Assembly (NCBI GenBank): GCA_013239625.1 | Contig: MU053881.1 | Span: forward strand, 7,587,957-7,651,956 | Length of the DNA: 64,000 bases | DNA from: Lama guanicoe | Lineage: Eukaryota | Reading direction: 5' to 3' | Part shown: in pieces, positions 11,865 to 24,560 of the stretch | How positions within the stretch are numbered: position 1 is the first letter of the stretch | How the letters are laid out: each line of letters begins with the position of its first letter | Notes under the pieces: generated by a model | What the model was told of the DNA's origin: nothing | What the model saw: the letters and a program-made list of their open reading frames with translations, nothing else | Databases searched by the model: none | Program-made: the position numbers and the translations under genes

Positions 11865-12130
11865 TGTCATGGAAAGACCATAGCGGACCCGGCTTTGAGT
11901 TTCAGTTCTGACACTAACTAGCTTTGTGATTCTGGGCAAATAAAATTAACTTATCTGAGCCTAGATTCTTCTACTGTAATACGGAGTAAATAGTATGGGA
12001 GCACTGAGCTGTAGATGTGACTATACAGGACAACATGGCCACATTTGTACCCACAGGCTAGCAAAAATGTCTAGCATACCAGATATGGGTGTAGCCTGCT
12101 TAATCTAAGGTAGGTTCCTAATGCATTTTA
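11865..12130 (+). mobile_element. MIR SINE
   Basis: cagttctgacactaactagctttgtgattctgggcaaa...aacttatctgagcctagattcttctactgtaa. Confidence 0.7.
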
Positions 12131-13999
12131 TTCCTTCATCTCCTTCCCATTTATTTGGGTGCCAGAGGCCTTGGTCTTATTTAGAACTAATCATTTTTGC
12201 TCTGATGGTTGAATTTTATTGAAGATTTCATGGAATTTAATACTTGAAAGAGACTTTAAAAGGTCAGGTGACCCAGCTCTTCTAGTGGGATTAAAGATGC
12301 TTGCAGATTCAATCAGTATAAAATAAACCATATAAGGAAAAAAGAAAACTGGGGATATCTGAAGGACTCAAAAGGAGTTGATGTCTTTAGGCACCTGATT
12401 GGGGCTAATTATAACACTTGGGTAATACATTTTTGGCACAAGCTTCCTGGCAATAAAGGCAAAGTGGAAACATGTTGTGTTACTTAGTTTTGGTTTTCTG
12501 ACAATGGAAAGCATACACATTTTTCTGTAGAGACAGACTTTTTCCTGGAACCCACTTAGGCATTTATCACATGAGTCATTGTATAAAGGACACTGTGGGA
12601 CAGAATGGACAATGTATTCCTCCGTGGCTTCTTGAAGAATGCCTAGTTTTTCATCTGGATGTTCTCATCTTGAACATTTATGAAAGCAAACATTTTGTAG
12701 TAACTAGGAACCCCTTTTCTGATACACTGAGAGAGTCTGAAATAAACCAAAAAAGGAACCTTATGCTGCCCTCCTCACCACTGATCTGTGGAGAAAAACT
12801 TTGGAGGCAGTTCTGTTTAGACATTATCGTTGTAACTACCTTTTGTCAAGCACAAGTACATTTTATAAGTAAGTTAACTAAGGCTAAATAAGATTAAATA
12901 CCTCTTCCAGCCTCAAACAGATCACCGTGGTTTCCAACTACATTTGACTGATTGTGGTTGCCTGAAGCCGTGTGTTAAGGAGGATTCTGAGGCCATCGCT
13001 GGATAACAGTAGGAACAAGTGCTATGATGAGTTCGTGATGTTTGCCGTGAGAGGGCAGCGAGACTCCCTGGCCGTGCATTTGCCCTCATTGTGTGATTAC
13101 ATTTTCCTGCTAGCAAAGAAAATTTCAGGACAGTAATTAGCAGATAAATGTGTTGCCTATAATTCCTCTACATTTGTTAGTGGAAATATTCCAGGATGTA
13201 AGTTGCATGACTACTTTTTAATCACATACCCCTTGAAACTTCAGGATTCCCAGGAGCGGATATATGCACATAAGGATCTAGACCTAACCAAATGAATATC
13301 TCAACCTCACCCTCCGCCTGCAGAAAAGCCCAAGCCCATAATTCAGATTAAGAGCTATTAATATGAATTACATGTCTACATAAGTTGATTTACAAATACA
13401 GTAACTGTTTTTTAAGTCTTACTTATAGCTAATGACTGAATTTTGTTGTCATTGTATTTAACTAAGTAACATAATCCATTAAGAGTTGCAAATTTTGAGG
13501 CTCTCTGTGTGACACTTTGAATAATTGAGCAATTGCAGGCTGTATGCAGCAGTTGAAATGTAGTCAGTCTGTACCCTGAAGGGCTGCGGTCCTGCAAGAT
13601 GAAACCTTTATTCAAAGGATGCCTGAGGCAACTGATTGCACCAAGGTGGGCAGCTGCCGCTCTTGCCTGCCCCGCCTCTGCATCGGGTAACAGAACCATC
13701 TCTTCCTTCATCCTCAGGGCGTGAGCTTCTGGTGGAGCCGAGTCCACCTTCTTGGGTAGGCATGCACCCACTCTGGCACCACGTTCCCCCAACCGGTGAT
13801 TAACACAGAAGTAGGTACATGTTACCAAGTCAGACCAATGAAGCCCTACTTAGGAGTCTGGCTGACGCTAGAAAGTAAAGGCCCTTACTGTCCTTCGGTC
13901 GCTCGCCTAGTAGAATAAACAACAGTAGCTGCAGGTGGACATACTCCCTGAGGATGAATCCCGTCCCCAAGGAAGTAGTGGTGAATTGAAAAAGAGGGA

Positions 14000-14220
14000 T
14001 TCAAGTCTTTGAGCGTGTTCACAGGGTTGTTCACCCATCACCACAATCCCTTTTAGAATATTATTATTACCTAAAAAAGAAATCCCACTCCCCCTAGTCA
14101 TCACCCTGAACCCCTCCAGGTGCTTCCCCCAACCCTAGGCAACCACTAGTGTACTTTTTCTCTCCAGATTTGCCTGTTCTGGACATTCCGTGTAAATGGA
14201 CCCATGCGGTATGTGTCCTT
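14000..14220 (-). mobile_element. L1MB-type 3' UTR fragment
   Basis: cacagggttgttcacccatcaccacaatc...ccctaggcaaccactagtgtacttt...gatttgcctgttctggacatt. Confidence 0.8.
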
Positions 14221-14239
14221 AGTTCCCCTGCAATTAATT

Positions 14240-14462
14240 TCCATAGCTCCCTTTACTTCTTGCAGCCCTTATTACAATTAAAATTTTAAAATTTGTCTAA
14301 TCATTCATTTCATGTCTATCTCTCCATTAGACCAAGGCGTGGACTTCATGTATTTTATTCACCATTGTACCCTTAGTGCCTCCCCCAATGTCCATGCACC
14401 ATAGGATAGACATTTAATGAATTCACGGATGAATGGGTTAATGAATGGATGGCTGAATGAAA
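14240..14462 (+). mobile_element. L2 LINE 3' end
   Basis: tgtctatctctccattagac...tattcaccattgtacccttagtgcct...gaatgggttaatgaatggatggctgaatgaa. Confidence 0.7.
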
Positions 14463-15939
14463 AAATTAGATACCCACCCTGCTGTCACTACCAACACAGA
14501 TCCAGAAATACCATCTACTTAATACGGTAGAAGAGGTTGATCTGGTTAACATACTTCACTACCAGTTCCCCATGTTGGGCAGAAAGAGAAATAAATATCT
14601 ATTTAGCAAGAGAGAGTGTGGTTACACATGCAGATGTGTAATATTTGTAAATGAGAAGTGGGTTGTTTGTGTATAGGAATGGAGAAGGGGGAAACTTGGT
14701 AAGCTGGAGCTAAGTTAAAGTAAACTATTTATTGCACTAACTAAGCCACAATGTGGCCACTGCCAACTGGTCACAACTGCCGTTCCTTTTTTTTTTTTTC
14801 TTAAAGTCCTCGGTCTCTGCAAGATACACTCTGAGTAATAGAAAAGAAAGTGTCCTGATGCTCGGAATTTTGCTCATGGCATCCTTGACTGTTTTGGGTC
14901 TTACTCCATGAGTGTTTAGGTCTAGTTGTTTTCCTGCCTGTGCCTGTAAACACACGGGGAAAGAATGGGATGGGAGCGAAGTCAGATGCATGCCTTGTCA
15001 CTTGGACAGGCAGCTTGTGGAGTGGGAAACACACATCCCCGCTTGGATGGCTTCTATACTCTGGGGCTTGGCAAAGCTGCTGCTGAAAACACTGAACAAA
15101 ATAAACTACAGAAGATAGAAGGAATGCAGCAAAAGTCATGAAAAAACAAACTGGTGATTTATAGAGATTACAGTCTAATGGCTACAAGATTTTCCCGGCT
15201 TTGGTTTGGAGTTTTTTAAGAAATCAGTTGCAATCGAGGCTCCCTTGGTGGTTGGACACGAGAGGGGATTTTCTAGAAATAATGGGTTTCTCTGTTTGGG
15301 GTGTTTGTTTTGCTTTTAATAAAGTGAATATTGTTTTTATTCTCTTACTTCTCCACTGACGAAATAAAATCTTTAAGCAATCCCAGGTCCTGGATGTAAG
15401 CGGCATAAAGAATACACAGAGAGAGATTATTTCAGAGATGGGGTCTTTCTTCTTGTCATCCACGAGCATTCCAAAAATTACATGAGGAATTGGAAATGCC
15501 AAATGTGGCACCAGCTAGTGCAGAGATGTGTATTTTTTGCCCCCTCTCTTGTGCCCAGCAAACCCTTGACTAGAATGCAGTGACATCAATTTCTTGAATG
15601 AATATCTCTATTTACAGTGATTCAGAAGATTATAATTGATTTTTTAAAAAGAGACAGGATTCAAAACCAGGGCTGCTTTGGATAAATTCTCAGCAGTCAG
15701 ATATTTAATAATGTATTTTCGGAGTGTGTACTCCAAGAATTACTGTACAGAAATCAAATGTCCAGCCTAACCTTGCCCAGCAAAGGGACATCCACACATC
15801 TACCCGATGTCATAAATAGGAGGAACCTTGCGGTATTTCGCTTCACCTGCCTGCCCCCCAGCCAAATATCTCCCACTTGCCTGTAACTTTTGGTGTTAAA
15901 TTTACCATTCATTCCTTATTTCTTTAGATAATTCAGCAC

Positions 15940-16095
15940 CTTCTAAATTCTTCTGATGGTGAAAAATCACATGAGATACTTGTTCAAATCACCAGTGCTA
16001 GGTACCACCCATGAAAACAGACTCCTCATTCGAGTCTCTCTTTTTAATAAATGCCCTAGGTGATTCTTATGGCCAGAGTAATTTAGGAAAAATGG
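15940..16095. mobile_element. MER5-related hAT element
   Basis: aatcacatgagatacttgttcaaa...aaatgccctaggtgattcttatggccagagtaatttaggaaaa. Confidence 0.55.
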
Positions 16096-16124
16096 GGTGA
16101 ATGATCATTTTTGTTTTATTTTAT

Positions 16125-16290
16125 GATAACAGAGCACTTTCATGAAAACCTTTCATGAGATCCTCACCATGAGTCGGTGATAAAAATATTATTTTACATA
16201 AAAGGTAACTTAGCCTCTGAAAGATAAAGTAGACTGATTAAGGTCCCTTGGGGCTAGACCTTAACTCCAGGCATGTGGCTTTTAATCCAG
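16125..16290 (-). mobile_element. MIR SINE
   Basis: agcactttcat...gatcctcaccatgagtcggtga...attattttacataaaaggtaacttagcctctga. Confidence 0.55.
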
Positions 16291-16544
16291 ATCCTCCCCT
16301 TGAATCTCCACTGCCTTTTAGGAGCTTATGGTAATGATGATGACCTTGGTACCAAGACAGTCTTGTTTGAACCAAAAAAGGACAGAAGGGAATTATGATA
16401 GGGGCTCTAATAGCACCCAAAGGGCCTTAGAGAAAGAGAAATCCTTTAACAGTTGAGGAGGAGAGAAGAGAGTAGGTAAGTAAAGTCATGGAAATGCGAA
16501 TGTCAGTCTATTGTTGATTAGTGAGACGCTATTGAAAATAGTTG

Positions 16545-16832
16545 GAGTGTTCTGTAAAGTCTCCTGCATGGAACTCTGGTGCTGTAAGATAGTCCATGAA
16601 AAGAGGATTCCTGACTCAAATAAATTTGGAAAAACATGATGAACTTTAATCTGGTGACTAGATTCCCGAAGTACACTGCATATTTAAGGCTCTGAGAAGT
16701 CCTGGTGCAAAAAAATCTAATTGAAACTGTAAACGTGCAGTATCCAAACTTACTAGACCATGGACTTGGGCCCTCCATTATTCCATAAAATATACATAAA
16801 CATCTGTCTGAACACACTTTGGGAAATGCTGG
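16545..16832. mobile_element. hAT-Charlie non-autonomous element (MER112/Charlie4-like)
   Basis: tcaaataaatttggaaaa..., taaggctctgagaagtcctg, terminal gaacacactttgggaaatgctgg. Confidence 0.6.
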
Positions 16833-17850
16833 CCTAGGGCACAGATTTAGAGTTGAGAATATATCCATGGGGGTATTTAATACTGCAGTTACACCCAAAA
16901 AAGAGATTCTGTTCTCTTTCCTTTTTTTTTTCTATTGTGCCTTTGCTTATTCTAAACACACACACCGTAAAATAAGCAACTGAGTATTCCTTGCACTGAA
17001 GTTTGTTGATCCTCTCTTGTTACTAACACAAGTGTGTGGCAAGAGAAGCAAGTAAGAGCTGAGCTAAACCCTGGGTGTGGAAACCCAGTCTGTCTGGAGC
17101 CCTGGCTCTTTCCAAGCATCTGGATTGGAGGCTCAGCTTGTCTTTTCCGTCCTTGCCAATATGCCTCTCTGGGGATGAGACAATCTGAAGACGTTGCCTC
17201 GTTGACATGACTTCCTTCTCTTAGTGTTTTTAAACCTGTTGATTCAGAGGGACTCTTCACTCCAGGCCCCTCTTGGGCCCCACAGCTGCCCAAAGCAAGG
17301 TCCAAGTGGCCTCGGTCAGAGCAAAGAGCAGCAGAAGCATGACTGGGCAGGCTTGCCAACTGCGTCAGTCTTCCCAAGATGAACACGACTCCGGCAAGAA
17401 TGGGAAGGCTATCTGCTTGTGGTGATGAATTCCGTTTGCTGGAGCCTGATGGCACCCAGAGATGCCTCCTCAGCTGGAGCGGGTGGTTGGGTGGAGATAG
17501 GCATGGTCTGCAGTAGTCCAGATGGTCGGATGAGGCTCAGAAAGAGGGTGTGGGATTCGGGAGGAGTGATCTTCCTTCTTTGTTGTTTTTAAACTTAGCC
17601 TTTAAGCGGGGAGATAACTTATTCAGTTGTTGTGTTTAGATGCTACAGAGATGACTGATTTCTCAAAAGTGTGAACTCTCTGGTATTATTGTTCAAAGGA
17701 GCCCTGACCTTGACATGTTCTGGGTCTGACACAGCGAAATGGCAGTTAGAAGAGGGTGGGGTGAAGAAATTTTGTTTGGAAGGACAGTGTTTAAAGCAGC
17801 AAATGTGTATGCATTCTCTCAAGGAATGTTTTATCATCATCTCAATGTCT

Positions 17851-18945
17851 CCAGTGGTTTGCTGATGAATATTTAATGGCCAGCTCTCCAAAAATTAATA
17901 AGGTGTGCATATGTGTGTGTGTGTGTATACACACACCAATTTATTGTAAACTTTACTGATATAAAGGCTATATAGCATAAAATTTATAAATAATAATAAA
18001 ATATGCAGCACTCTTTATTATCATTTTCATGTAGCCAATTGATTCTCTCAGGATTATTTCATTGTTTTTTATCAGACTATTTTATCCATAGTCAACCTAT
18101 GGTTGCAACTGACAAGTGTAGTTCTAACATGAATATTTGTTGACATTTTTGTTTATGTTAACATATAAGATAAAAGCGAAACAATGAAGATGTATGTCTA
18201 GGGTTGCCAGATTTAGCGAATAAACTGCAGAAGGCTCAGTTAAATTTGAATTTTACATAAACAACAAATAAAATTTTAGTATAAGTATGTTTTGAATACT
18301 TGAGATATACTTATGCTTGTTGATTTGAAACTCAGTTTAACTGGGTATCCTGTATTTTGTCTAGTATTGAAAAGCCTCACTTGTTCTTCAGTGACATGAG
18401 TGACTTCTTGGCTGAATCACATACTAGGTTTTGAATGCTAGAAGACTGTTGCCTCAATTTGTTTGTGTGCTGTTCATTAGATGACAACTGTAAACATATC
18501 ACAATTTTAAATTTTATCATCATTAATGACATTTTTGCTATCATCTTCTTCAATCTAGAAAATCAACAGAAAAAAAAACAAAACTCTGATTTGTAGCATT
18601 TGCTAATTTCTGTATGTCTCAACTCCCACCATAGCCAGTTTCAACCTGCCAACTCGACATCACTGAACGAAGAATTGGGATGAGGTAACACAGGAGCACA
18701 CAATATCCCGTTTCCATCATACAGAAACAGTAGCCACAAACAACCTCAAAAGCATAGATAAGAGCACCGTTTAGTAAAGTAATTAGGAAGTGATGACTTT
18801 TGAGTATTTGTTATCTCTGTTTTTAATGTAATTTATGTAGTGGTTAGTCAGTGAAGGATTTGTTTAACCTGGCTCACAAAAGTCCTGACAATGTAACAAT
18901 TGTCTCCTACAAGCTGGTAACAGCACCATGCCAGCACATTATTGT
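17851..18945. mobile_element. MER63-type hAT element, with nested MER53
   Basis: Ends ccagtggtttgctgatgaatatttaa... and ...ctggctcacaaaagtcctgacaatgtaacaat...ccagcacattattg resemble MER63 termini. Confidence 0.7.
18198..18364. mobile_element. MER53 (palindromic hAT MITE)
   Basis: tagggttgccagatttagc...cagttaaatttgaattt...agtataagtatgt...atacttatgct...tttaactgggtatcctgtatttt. Confidence 0.85.
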
Positions 18946-19479
18946 ATCTGTCCATATCATCCTACTCCCAGCTCGTTTTTATTCATTTAGAAAATCTGCT
19001 TGGCTCCTAGAGGTGTTTGAGTTTGTGACCTTTGTTAAGTTGTTGGGGGTAGATTTCAAAGGAGAAAATGATACAGCCCTTCTCTAGAGAGCTTTAAGCT
19101 GCTCAAAGGAATAATGAACATTTATTGAGCATCTTCTCTATTTGAGACACTGCTCCCTACTACAGATTTAAGATTACAACCTTATAAGACCCTATGCTAT
19201 ATGAAAGCCAGAAAGGTAAAGGGGACGTGCACGCTAAACATGAAAAGGTCAGTAGCATTTTAAGGCAGGTTAAGAGATGAAATCAAAATTCCTACCATGG
19301 TTACAATATTGTTGATTATCTATACCCATAATTAAGGATTGGAAAGGGGGATTGTGTGTAAATAATTGCTCCTTTAGGGCAGTGGTCTTAAGGGGGGATG
19401 CATTTTCCTCTATATTTTCCTTTGATGTTTTTGTGAAGATTTTCTGGAAGATAAGCACTAAAGTCTACAATCCAGACAA

Positions 19480-19680
19480 CAAATGCATTAAATTCATCAA
19501 AGGGGCACTTCTCTGTGCTGGGACCACTTTTATGGAGCACGGGGAGCATAAGCTAGGCCTTGAAGAACGGGGGGGGATTTAGATAAGTAGGGAAAGCATT
19601 CCAGGCAGGGCAGACAGCGTAAGTAAAGAGTTAGAGATAGGTATTTTGAAGGAACAATAAATAAAATAGTCTGGCCCGAG
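19480..19680 (-). mobile_element. L2 LINE fragment
   Basis: agctaggccttgaagaacgg...gaaagcattccaggcagggcagacagcgtaagtaaag. Confidence 0.65.
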
Positions 19681-20204
19681 AAGGTTCAGATTTATATGTA
19701 TACGCGAAAGCTATATAAAACCCGGCTCCACAAAGTCCACTCTTGGCATGGATCCAAATTCAAAGAACGAACAGTTGGAAAAATTGAAACTAATTTAAAT
19801 CTTTACCACAGCTTCTTAAGAAAGCACAAAAGCTGGAGGACTTCTGCCCCTTGTCACCAATTTTTCCTTCCCCTTAGGTTCTCATCTCTTCTGGTAAATT
19901 ATTCTCTACCTTTTCCAGCACTTCTCAACTCCGCTGATTATCTCAGGCTTCCAAATTAAGTTTCAGGACAGGGCTGAGTGGCGACCAGAATTTCCCTTAG
20001 CAGATGGAGGCGGGACATAGGCTATGTATCATTGCAGACATACCTTCTTGTCTGACACATCTACCAGTAATATGGGTATAAACCTATACAGAACAATTAT
20101 GTCAGTAAGTAATTTCTCTACACTTCTCCTTTCTAACTCTGTGGTATTAAATTGTGTTCATTTCTTGAATTGTGTGTGTGTGTTCTCCCTTAGGTTAGGC
20201 CTTT

Positions 20205-20460
20205 GTACTTGATCATCTATCTGCATATAATATTTATTTCCTCTCTTTTACCTAACCAATTTCTGTTAATCCTGAATGATTCGGTTTAGAAGTGACTTTA
20301 CCCAGAAGCCTTTCTTGACCATGCAAACTGGATCAGTTCCTTCTCCTCTGTGAACTCATAGTACTGGGAGCTTCCTCCAGCTTTAGCATTTAACTACATA
20401 GCCTCATAATGGCCTGTCTTGTCCCCACTGGTCTGGGGAAAATTTGAAGATGGTCTTACT
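20205..20460 (+). mobile_element. L2 LINE fragment
   Basis: gcctttgtacttg...cagaagcctttcttgacc...ttgtccccactgg. Confidence 0.55.
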
Positions 20461-20462
20461 TG

Positions 20463-20640
20463 GTGTGTGTGTGTTTGTATGTATATATAAATGTGTATGT
20501 TTATATATATGCATTTGTATGTATATGTTTACAGATTTATATGTATATGGTTTATATCTGGTTTTATATATAATAATATATGTATATATTTAATATGTAT
20601 TTTTATGTGTGTATTCATTTGTATTTATTTATTTTTTGTT
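20463..20640. repeat. Degenerate (TG)n/(TA)n AT-rich simple repeat
   Basis: tgtgtgtgtg...tatgtatatata...atatgtatat low-complexity tract. Confidence 0.85.
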
Positions 20641-20664
20641 TTCCTTTTATACATTTTGGATAAA

Positions 20665-20880
20665 TTCATCCATTTACTGGCCACTTGTGTGTGATAAGCA
20701 CCATCTTAAGCAGCTTGCAAATGTATCTCTTCCTGCTCTGACCAGTCATCTACAGTGGGAATTACCTTAATTCTCAAGTGAGAAATCTAGGACTGCACGA
20801 GAAGTCATGGTTGCCCTAGGTCACACCACCAGAAAATGGCAGCAACAAAATTTGAACCCAAGGTCATGTGTATGATGAAG
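20665..20880 (-). mobile_element. MIR SINE
   Basis: gagaaatctaggactgcacgagaagtcatggttgccctaggtcacac...aaatttgaacccagg-like core. Confidence 0.65.
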
Positions 20881-21296
20881 GCCCCATGTGTATGTCAAGG
20901 CATTAAAAAATCCATCAGGGAGCCTGCTTTCCGCGGGGTGAGGGGAGAAGATGTGTGTCACCAGATGGGAAGGTGGAGGGTGTTGGGGATTGTTGGCCAG
21001 GCCCTTGGCTGGCAGCAGGGAGAGGAGCACGTGCCAGCGAGCTGCTGCTGATTGAGACAAATAGTGAGAAGAGGAGGGTGGAGAACGGATGCAAGCACAC
21101 ATTTGTCACCCATAGTTAAGGGACTCTTGTTTATAGCTTCCTTTGCATCCTTTTTATAAGATGTTTGAATATAAACAGGATTTCTTTTCAGTAATGATCT
21201 CCTGCCTCCCTCAGAGGACCATGAATTGCACCTGTGTGGTGGTCCTCCTGAGTGACAGGCACGTATCTCTTTTGAAACTTATAAAATCATATAAAG

Positions 21297-21840
21297 TGGT
21301 ATGCGTTTCCTGTAGCTGCTGTAACAAAGGACCATAAACATAGTGGCTTAAAACAACACAAATTTATCTTTTAAGTTCTGTATGTCAGAAGTCCAAAATT
21401 TAGTCTCACTGGTCTAAAATCAGGCAATCAACAGGGATGCACTCCTTTCTGGAGGTTGTAGGAGACGATCTGTTGCATTGTCTTTTTTACTTTCTAGAGA
21501 CAGTCTGCATTTGTTGGTTTGTAGCCCCGTTCTCCACATTCAGAGCCAGGAACAGTGGGTCAAGTCCTTGTGCTGCTATCTTGGTGGGCGCCCATTGCCA
21601 CACTCTGTCTCAGACAACAGCCAAGAAAGTTTCTCTGCCTTCAAGGGTTCATATTAGATTGACACCCTACCCCCACCCCGCCCACCTCCCCCAGTAATGC
21701 AGAATAGTCTCTTCTTCTCAAGTCCCTTAACCTTAATCACAGCTGCAAAGTCCCTTTTGTCATGTAAGGCGACATAGTCGCAGGTCCTGGGGATTACAGT
21801 GCTGGACTTATCTCTGGGAGCCCTTGCTGTGCTTATTGCA
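21297..21840 (-). mobile_element. MLT1 (MaLR) solo LTR, MLT1C/D/E-like
   Basis: gtttcctgtagctgctgtaacaaa...gtggcttaaaacaacacaaatttat...ccttaaccttaatcacagctgcaaagtccctttt. Confidence 0.85.
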
Positions 21841-21864
21841 AACGTGTATACAAGTAGCCCGCTC

Positions 21865-21970
21865 TAGGTATGGAAACTAAGACTCAGAGAGGTGAAGCGA
21901 TGTCCCCACGGTCCCGTATCTAGAAAGTGACAGATCCGAGATTTAGACTTCATGTTTTTGACTCACATGT
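21865..21970 (-). mobile_element. MIR SINE
   Basis: ggaaactaagactcagagaggtgaagcgatgtccccacggtc. Confidence 0.7.
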
Positions 21971-22249
21971 GCTCACTCTTTTGGGGGCAGCAAGGTGCCT
22001 TTTCTAACATTTCTGTGCTGGTCATAGACCTGGGCAGCAGTGTTGACTAGGTGGCGATTTGTAGAATGGAATGAATGGGTGGCCTTCCAGCTTGGAGCTG
22101 CGAAGCATCCTTGAATTATGAGAAAACAGAGACCCCTTAATGATCAAAAGGATACTGTTGCCTTTTATGCCAGGTGTCTTTTTATATTCTCCCAACACAG
22201 GTTGCACTGGGCGTAAACACTGCCACACGTGAGCTGGTGGGTTATGGCA

Positions 22250-22654
22250 CGTGGACTAGTTCACTCGGGCTGCCATAACAAGATGCCACAGAGCTGGTGG
22301 CATAAATGTCCGATTCATTTCCTCCTGGTCCTGGAGGCTTGGTGTCCAGGATCAAGGTATTGTCTGGCTTGTTTCTGGTGAGGCCTCTCCTCCTGGCTTG
22401 TGGATGGCTTCCTTCTTGCTGCGTCCTCAAGTGACCTTTTTCCTCTGTGTGTGCAGAGAGACAGAGCATGCTCTGGTGTCTCCTCCTCTTTTTATAAGGA
22501 TACCAGTCTTATCAGGTTAGGGCTCCACCCTTGTGACCTCATTTAGCTTTATTACCTCATTAATGGCCCCATTTTCAAGAATAGTCACACTGGCGTTAGG
22601 GCTTCAATATATACATTGGGGCGGGGGGGAGGACAACACAGTTCAGTCCATAAC
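22250..22654 (-). mobile_element. MLT1A/B (MaLR) solo LTR
   Basis: gggctgccataacaa...ccaggatcaaggt...ttctggtgaggcctctc...ttagggctccacccttgtgacctcattta...cagttcagtccataaca. Confidence 0.9.
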
Positions 22655-23229
22655 AGCACTTAGGAGGCACTCAGTAAATATTAGCTCAATAAATGATCAA
22701 AGTAAGTAGTTAATAATCTCATTTGTTGAACAGATATGATTTACCAGGTATCCACTAGGACTTAACATGTGTTGCTCTCTTAATCCTTAGAACAATTCTG
22801 TGGTGTAAGTGTTACTATCTGTACTTCTCTAGGCCTTGGTATGTTGGTCTGTAATCCGAGATAGTCTCTTAGTTTCCTTTCAACTTTAAGAATCTCTGAT
22901 CCTGTTAATGGCCTGCTGTGAGCCGTTCAAGGCTCTTTTCTTCTGACACCTCAGACCAGAAATCTTTATTGTCAAGAGTCTTGGCTTCTATTAAACAAAC
23001 CTTGTAGGTTATGTTCCTTGATCCTGTGTGTAGATAAGCCTTCTGTGAGAGGTGTAACAATAGTCCCTGGGTCAGCATCTTCATCGGTGCAGAGGTCAGC
23101 AGAAGGGCTGGGAACATTCCCCTGGATCACTTTACCTAAAGAGGTTATGACGGAAGAGGCCTGTGTGAGCAGAGAAGTGCACCATATGGGCCCCTACAGT
23201 GCACCAGCCCACTCACATGCTTGCTCTGC

Positions 23230-23510
23230 ATTGACTTCATCCGTCCGTTCAGCATCCATTATGTGCCAGATGCCAGGACCACAGAGATTACCCTTAATGT
23301 GTTTCTTTTTCATCCAGGTAGACCACATGTAAATCAGCAAACTCAATCCAGTTATGTTAAATGCTGTGTTAGAGCGAAGGGCAAGGGCTATAAGAGCAAA
23401 AAGAAAAGGAGGGCATCTAAAGGGTGGGAGGAGGGGAGAAGGCTTCCTTGGGGAGACAGTGCTTGGGCATGAGAAGTGTTTAGCCGAGGCAGGAACGTGG
23501 AGGAAGGAAG
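23230..23510 (-). mobile_element. L2 LINE fragment
   Basis: ttcatccgtccgttcagc...tatgtgccag...ggagaaggcttccttggggagacag. Confidence 0.55.
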
Positions 23511-23559
23511 AAAGGGTGCTTGAGTTATTGCCTTGCTATTCCTGTGCATGAGCATTCAC

Positions 23560-24060
23560 GGCAGGAAAGATGGCCACATGTATCAAGGTCCTTCAGAATG
23601 AGCCCAACTTTTGATCCAGTAATTCCACTTCTTGGAATTTATCCCAAGGAAGTTACCAGGCAGTTCACATAAAGATTTATGGGCACGGATGCTCATTGCT
23701 ACATGATTTATATAATAATAAAAAACTAGAAACAGCCTAAATGTTTATAGTGAATTGGATAAATGAATCCATATGATGGAATATAATGTAGCCATTAAAA
23801 GCCACATTTAATGAGGGAAAAGTGCTCAAACTGCATTAAGTGGGGGAAAAAGTAGTTTAAAATATGGTCCCAATATCGTTAAAACTGGATATAGGGTAGG
23901 ACAAAATGCATATTAGTTATGTAAGTTCTGCATGGAGAAAAAGACTGGAATGAAATACATCAAAGTGGTCAGTGGAGAGTAGAAATATTGATTTAATTTT
24001 TTTCTTTTTGTTTGTATTCTTCCAAATTTTCTCCAGAAGCATTCATTATGTTTATAATTT
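23560..24060 (+). mobile_element. L1ME-type ORF2 end and 3' UTR
   Basis: tttgatccagtaattccacttcttggaatttatcccaagg...aaaactagaaacagcctaaatg...gatggaatataatgtagccattaaaa. Confidence 0.8.
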
Positions 24061-24344
24061 TAATGCAAATTTAACCCCTCAAAATGTCAATTTTGTCAGC
24101 ACCTTGTTGATACTGTATCCTCCTTGTGTTGGGGCTCGCATTTCTGTCTCTCTGCCTCTACCTGAGTCAAAGCACCTGTCTGCAAAAGACACCAGGAGCA
24201 CAATTTCAAGATGAGATTTTGATTTCAGTGCCTTAAGTTTTCATTTTCTGTGTCCTTTCCCACCTTCATCTCTGTCCCTTTTCCCCAGCAGGCTTCCATT
24301 CTGCCTGGGTACCCCTCCTGATCAAACCCTATTCCCAGGAAATA

Positions 24345-24560
24345 AAATAAGTACATTTATTGAGCACCATGTGCCAGGCACTGTTGTGAGCACTTTACGT
24401 GAACTGACTTGACTAAACCACACAGTGCTCTATGAGGTAGATTTTATTATAACTTCCATTTTATTGATGGGAACACTGAGGCCCAGGGAAGTTTAAGAAC
24501 AGCCCAAGTTCACCTAATTAGTCGGTGCTGGAACCTGGATTTGAGTGCAGGCAGTCTCTG
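24345..24560 (-). mobile_element. MIR SINE
   Basis: catttattgagcacc...gccaggcactgtt...ccattttattgatgggaacactgaggccca...ggatttga. Confidence 0.85.

Noticed and set aside
14775..14910. Strong + strand acceptor-like tract (T-run then cttaaag) followed by a short hydrophobic frame
   Set aside because: The T-run could be a simple homopolymer, the frame closes after about 34 codons and no donor or partner exon was found
16952..17535. Longest ORF in the track (167 aa, minus strand)
   Set aside because: GTG start, no recognisable domain, no convincing splice boundaries, S/L/G-rich composition typical of chance ORFs
20491..20694. Hydrophobic I/Y/C-rich ORF that looks like a membrane peptide
   Set aside because: Translation of a (TA)/(TG) simple repeat
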